Positions 60,901 through 64,000 of a DNA stretch of 64,000 bases are shown one piece after another (positions within the stretch are counted from its first letter, which is position 1; each line of letters opens with the position of its first letter). The stretch is from contig OZ243938.1 in NCBI GenBank assembly GCA_965214095.1, forward strand, positions 4,960,001 to 5,024,000, given 5' to 3'. A program made the position numbers and the translations under genes. The DNA comes from Candidatus Poribacteria bacterium. Lineage in GTDB: Bacteria; Poribacteria; WGA-4E; WGA-3G. The notes beneath the pieces were generated by a model. That model was not told the DNA's origin. It ran no database searches and saw only the letters and a program-made list of their open reading frames with translations.

Positions 60901-63900
60901 CTTTCAATGCCACCATTCCCATCAGAAACATTAACGACAACTGAATATTCTGATTGTATCTCAAAATCAAGATCAGAACTCGTTTGCAATTGTGCCGTAC
61001 CAGTATCGATACTAAATAAAGATGCATCGGGACCCGAAAGACTATAAATCAAATTGTCACCATCTGCATCCGTTGCGGAGACAGGATCACCGATGTTCAC
61101 ACCAGAACTAGTATTTTCTTCTACTGAACGGGTTGCCTCGTTGCCATCTGTGAAAACTGGATCATTGTTTGCAGGTAATTCCTCAACATCTGTAACATTG
61201 ATTGTGACGGTGATACTGTCGCTGCCACCCTCTCCATCAGATACGGAAATGACAACAGAATAAGAAGTTTTTCTTTCGAAGTCTAAAGGTTCGTTCGTTT
61301 TTAATTGACCTGTCGTACTGTCAATACTGAACGACGCTGCATCAGTACCACTCAGACTATATGTTAGAGTGTCTTCATCTTCATCAGTAGCAGAAAATGG
61401 ATCGCCGAGGTTTTCTCCGAGTGCCGTATTTTCTGCTACAGTACGAGTTGCTTCATCACCATCAGTAAATTCAGGTGCGTTGTTTGCAGATCGCTCGTCA
61501 ACGTCAGTGACATTGATAGTCACAGTGATACTATCACTACCATCTTCATCGTCAGACACTGAAACAGTAACAGAATATGAAGATTTGGTTTCGTAATCAA
61601 GTAACGTATTAGTTTTTAACTGACCAGTACTACTATCAATACTAAACGAAGACGCATCTGTACCACTAAGACTATAGGTTAACTCATCATCATCACTATC
61701 TGTAGCAGATACAGGTGTGCCTATATTTGATCCTATAGTAGCATTTTCAGCGATGGCGCGTGTGGTGCTCTCACCATCAGTGAAAACTGGGTCTGTGTTT
61801 GGTGTTATTACTACTTCCTCAAGATCAGTGACATTGATTGTAACCTCGATACTGTCTGTCAACTCACCATCAGAGACAGTTATTGTTACAGCATAAGTTG
61901 ACTTCGTTTCGAAATCAAGTGCTGCTTTCGTCTTTAATTGTCCAGTGATAGAATCAATATCAAAAACTGCTGCATCAGTCCCACCCAAACTATACATCAA
62001 TGTGTCGTTGTTAGCATCAGTTGCGGACACAACATCACCGATGTTAACACCTGCTGCGGTATTCTCTGCGATGGAACGCGAGGTGCTATCTCCTTCAGAA
62101 AAAACAGGGGCAACTTTGATGCTGTCATAGATTCCTAACGGAGACTCGTTCGTTTTTGCTAGTGCATATCCAACGTGTCCCATCGGAAGATCTGGTAGAC
62201 TCCCAATATCTACAGTTACAGCTCCTATAGTCTCAGGTGTACGAGTTACTGTAAAGTTATTACTCTCAGTTTTCGTTTTGGGTATAGTGATGGTAGTTGA
62301 GCCATCCTCTATATTACCATTTTCTATCATCAGAGGTAGTACTATGTCAAATGGTGCCCCCGTTGGTATCACTACTTTAATACCATTTTCTCCGATCTTC
62401 AAAAGTGAGATGTTTACTGGTAATGGATCTACACTGTTTTCACTTAAGTCAATGGAGTTCAACGAACCTAAACCGGAAAATATACCATTAGGCAGCTCCG
62501 TGAGATTATTTTTGCTTAGGTTAAGTATTGCAAGTGAATATAGTCCTGCAAAGTCATCTGAATGTAGCGACATGATTGACTTATCACTTAGATTCAGAGA
62601 TGTAATTAATGCTATATCCACTTCTGTAACATTGTTACAGTCCTCAACGTTCGGAACAGCAGCAGCGATACCTTCCGCAACCTGAGATGTACGATTACAT
62701 ACAACGGATTTCGTAAGAATATACCCATAGTGGTTTACAGGTATTGATGGCAATGTGCCAATATCAACAAGTGGTAAAGACATTGTGGATGTGGGAATAA
62801 CTGTAAACGTGTCGCTGTAGATATTCCCCTTTTCTATGACGACATTTGCCGTATTACCGCTTATGCTACCATTGGTTACATTAATTGGTAGTTCAATTTT
62901 GAATGGCGATGCGGTTGAGATAACTGCTTGGTACTGATTGACAGCAACCTGCTGAAGCGAAATAATCAATGGAAGGGGATCTATCAGATTCCCGCCTAAA
63001 CGAAGTGTCGTAAGTGAAGTCAATCCACTGAAAGTACCAACTGGTAGACGGGTCAGCATATTGTTAAAGAGATTGAGATTCGTCAGTCCTGATAGACCAA
63101 AGAAATCACCAGATTTCAGCTCAGTAATGCCTTTATTCCGTAAATCAAGAGCGGTTATAGCAGCAAGATGCTCAGTTGTCACATCCTCTGCATTGCTGAT
63201 GTTCGGGACTGCATTAACGATTGCATCACGGACTTGTGCTGTCCTTTCACTAACAGGGACTGACATAGAGACAATTGCAGTTTCCAGTTCATCAATTATA
63301 CTAATTACAACTGTAATTGTATCAGTTAGCATGCCATCTGAAACAGTTACAGTTAGCGGATACACACTCATCACTTCATAGTCCAATGCAGCTTTAGTCA
63401 ACAATTGGCCGGTCGCAGAGACAATATCAAAGGATGCAGCAAGAGTTCCACTCAAACTGTATGTTAAAGTATCCTCATCAGCATCGGTTGCAGTCACTGG
63501 TATTCCGATGTTCGTATTTGCGATAGTGTTCTCTGTTACTGTTCGGACAGTAATGGCACCATCGGAAAAGACGGGTGCGTTATTTTCAGGCACTTCGCTT
63601 TCATCTGGAGATTCTGGTACTGTGTTGTCTGGTGTTTCGGGAATGAGTGGTTCATCAGGTGTCTCTGGTTCAATACTAACAGCACTGATGACTTCAATCG
63701 GTAGGTCATCTGATTTTGAAAGTGTATAACCGTAATGGTTTCGCGGTAGACTTGGTAAAGATTCTATATCCACTGTAACAGCATCGGTTGTTTCAGCTGT
63801 TCTGGTGACCGTGAGTGTATTACTTTCTGTGTTTCCTTTGCTAATTGTAAGTGTTGAGGCATCTTCTGAAATACTACCGTTGGCTACCCTAATGGTTAGA

Positions 63901-63998
63901 ACATAATCAAACGTAGCACCAGTTGGTGCAACGGCTTTGACCTGATTGTCTCCAACCTTTTCAAGTGTAACTGAAATTGGAAATGGGTAATTGAGTTG
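57987..63998 (-). CDS. Giant surface protein: LRR blocks + about 13 cadherin-like domains + FlgD-Ig/T9SS-like C-terminal sorting domain; 5'-truncated by the window
   Basis: Frame open to the window edge; repeated 'NxAPxF...V.ATD.D...LTYSL.G.DA..F.I...TGQL.T...LDxE'; LRR 'LTNLNLFNNMLTRLPVGTFSGL'; tail 'NYPNPFNPETWIPYQL...WDGRN..GEKVAAGVYFY'. Confidence 0.88.
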   Translation of the reverse strand, partial: QLNYPFPISVTLEKVGDNQVKAVAPTGATFDYVLTIRVANGSISEDASTLTISKGNTESNTLTVTRTAETTDAVTVDIESLPSLPRNHYGYTLSKSDDLPIEVISAVSIEPETPDEPLIPETPDNTVPESPDESEVPENNAPVFSDGAITVRTVTENTIANTNIGIPVTATDADEDTLTYSLSGTLAASFDIVSATGQLLTKAALDYEVMSVYPLTVTVSDGMLTDTITVVISIIDELETAIVSMSVPVSERTAQVRDAIVNAVPNISNAEDVTTEHLAAITALDLRNKGITELKSGDFFGLSGLTNLNLFNNMLTRLPVGTFSGLTSLTTLRLGGNLIDPLPLIISLQQVAVNQYQAVISTASPFKIELPINVTNGSISGNTANVVIEKGNIYSDTFTVIPTSTMSLPLVDIGTLPSIPVNHYGYILTKSVVCNRTSQVAEGIAAAVPNVEDCNNVTEVDIALITSLNLSDKSIMSLHSDDFAGLYSLAILNLSKNNLTELPNGIFSGLGSLNSIDLSENSVDPLPVNISLLKIGENGIKVVIPTGAPFDIVLPLMIENGNIEDGSTTITIPKTKTESNNFTVTRTPETIGAVTVDIGSLPDLPMGHVGYALAKTNESPLGIYDSIKVAPVFSEGDSTSRSIAENTAAGVNIGDVVSATDANNDTLMYSLGGTDAAVFDIDSITGQLKTKAALDFETKSTYAVTITVSDGELTDSIEVTINVTDLEEVVITPNTDPVFTDGESTTRAIAENATIGSNIGTPVSATDSDDDELTYSLSGTDASSFSIDSSTGQLKTNTLLDYETKSSYSVTVSVSDDEDGSDSITVTINVTDVDERSANNAPEFTDGDEATRTVAENTALGENLGDPFSATDEDEDTLTYSLSGTDAASFSIDSTTGQLKTNEPLDFERKTSYSVVISVSDGEGGSDSITVTINVTDVEELPANNDPVFTDGNEATRSVEENTSSGVNIGDPVSATDADGDNLIYSLSGPDASLFSIDTGTAQLQTSSDLDFEIQSEYSVVVNVSDGNGGIESIVVTIAVTNVNEAPDFDDGDSTSRTIAENTDAGVNIGAPISATDVDGDNLNYSLGGTDDASFDIDSSSGQLKTNADLNFETKNAYEVTITVSDNQSPALTDTITVNITINDVNDAPEFPSTETGARNIDENTAADTAIGAAVAATDEDTLPSADTLTYTLGGTDMSSFDIVSTSGQIRTKTALNFETKSSYSVDVTVTDDGSDPGLTDTITVTISVNDVNDAPVFSGSKPTTRSIDENTAANMNIGAAVAATDEDTLPSADTLTYELSGTDAASFDIDSSSGQIKTKEPLDHETDASLSVTVTVTDNGSDPGLTDTIDVTININDVNEAPEFTATTATRSVNENVTAGTNIGAVVSAMDVDDGDSLTYTHSDTTNFDIDSTSGQLKTKSDLDHETTDSYTVIVTATDTGTSGVTDSELSDSITVTINVNDVNDRPKFAGTSATRSIAENTAANMNIGDAVGATDEDKNTDNTQKDTLTYTLEGTDASSFNIVSTSGQLQTKAALDKETKDSYSVTVKVTDDSGDTNTNSASIPVTITVTNVNEAPTFATGTLTFSIGENTATNQNIGTAVTATDPDSGDSPSYSLDTTGDATFNIDSTTGQIKTEVALDHETTSSYSVTVTATDGSSLTATKSVTINVTDENDAPIFPTGSDMRSVPENSAAITNVGEPVAATDQDDNMITYMLSGTDSSSFTIDSSGQIKTTAAHDFETKNSYTVMVDATEDSGESNNKASVTVTISITDVNDAPEFTDGETTTRSVAENMSNGSSVGTPVAASDEDEDSEGNQKDTLIYSLSGTDVDKFTIESSTGQIRTAMIFTVDMDTEYTVVVTAADRPADDPTTTEVNENEGVLTDTITVTITVTNVGGAPALSAVPTQTALLSNYPNPFNPETWIPYQLSKPSDVTLTIYNLRGVVVREIAISQKPAGNYISRSRAMYWDGRNSLGEKVAAGVYFYTFKTGDYSATRKMLIRK

Positions 63999-64000
63999 CT

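Overview
Bacterial chromosomal window of moderate GC. The C-terminal 'GKLxxxWGxIK' motifs, a cadherin/LRR giant protein ending in 'NYPNPFNPETWIPYQL' and a dense load of GTAG-type REP/MITE repeats suggest Candidatus Poribacteria or a relative (inference). Housekeeping genes (argB, lepA, two lepB, selB, tRNA-Sec, lipA, transketolase) are interleaved with secreted and surface proteins. The main hidden signal is two exported selenoproteins that the ORF track splits at in-frame TGA codons, one on each side of selB-selC. The first is an 842-aa lipoprotein with six tandem Ig-like repeats and a C-terminal UxxC peroxiredoxin-like domain (23876-26404). The second is a 358-aa secreted TlpA/Prx-like UxC protein with a TPR (33353-34429). 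Each TGA is followed by a hairpin with GG at +22/+23. Other points: two complete IS5-family elements, one splitting a secreted metalloprotease and one splitting the promoter of a probable tnpB-less IS200/IS605 derivative that may make a structured ncRNA; nested REP-carrying MITEs; a phosphonate-catabolism gene pair; three paralogues whose signal peptides are cut off at homopolymer frameshifts; and four tandem MacB-like permeases.
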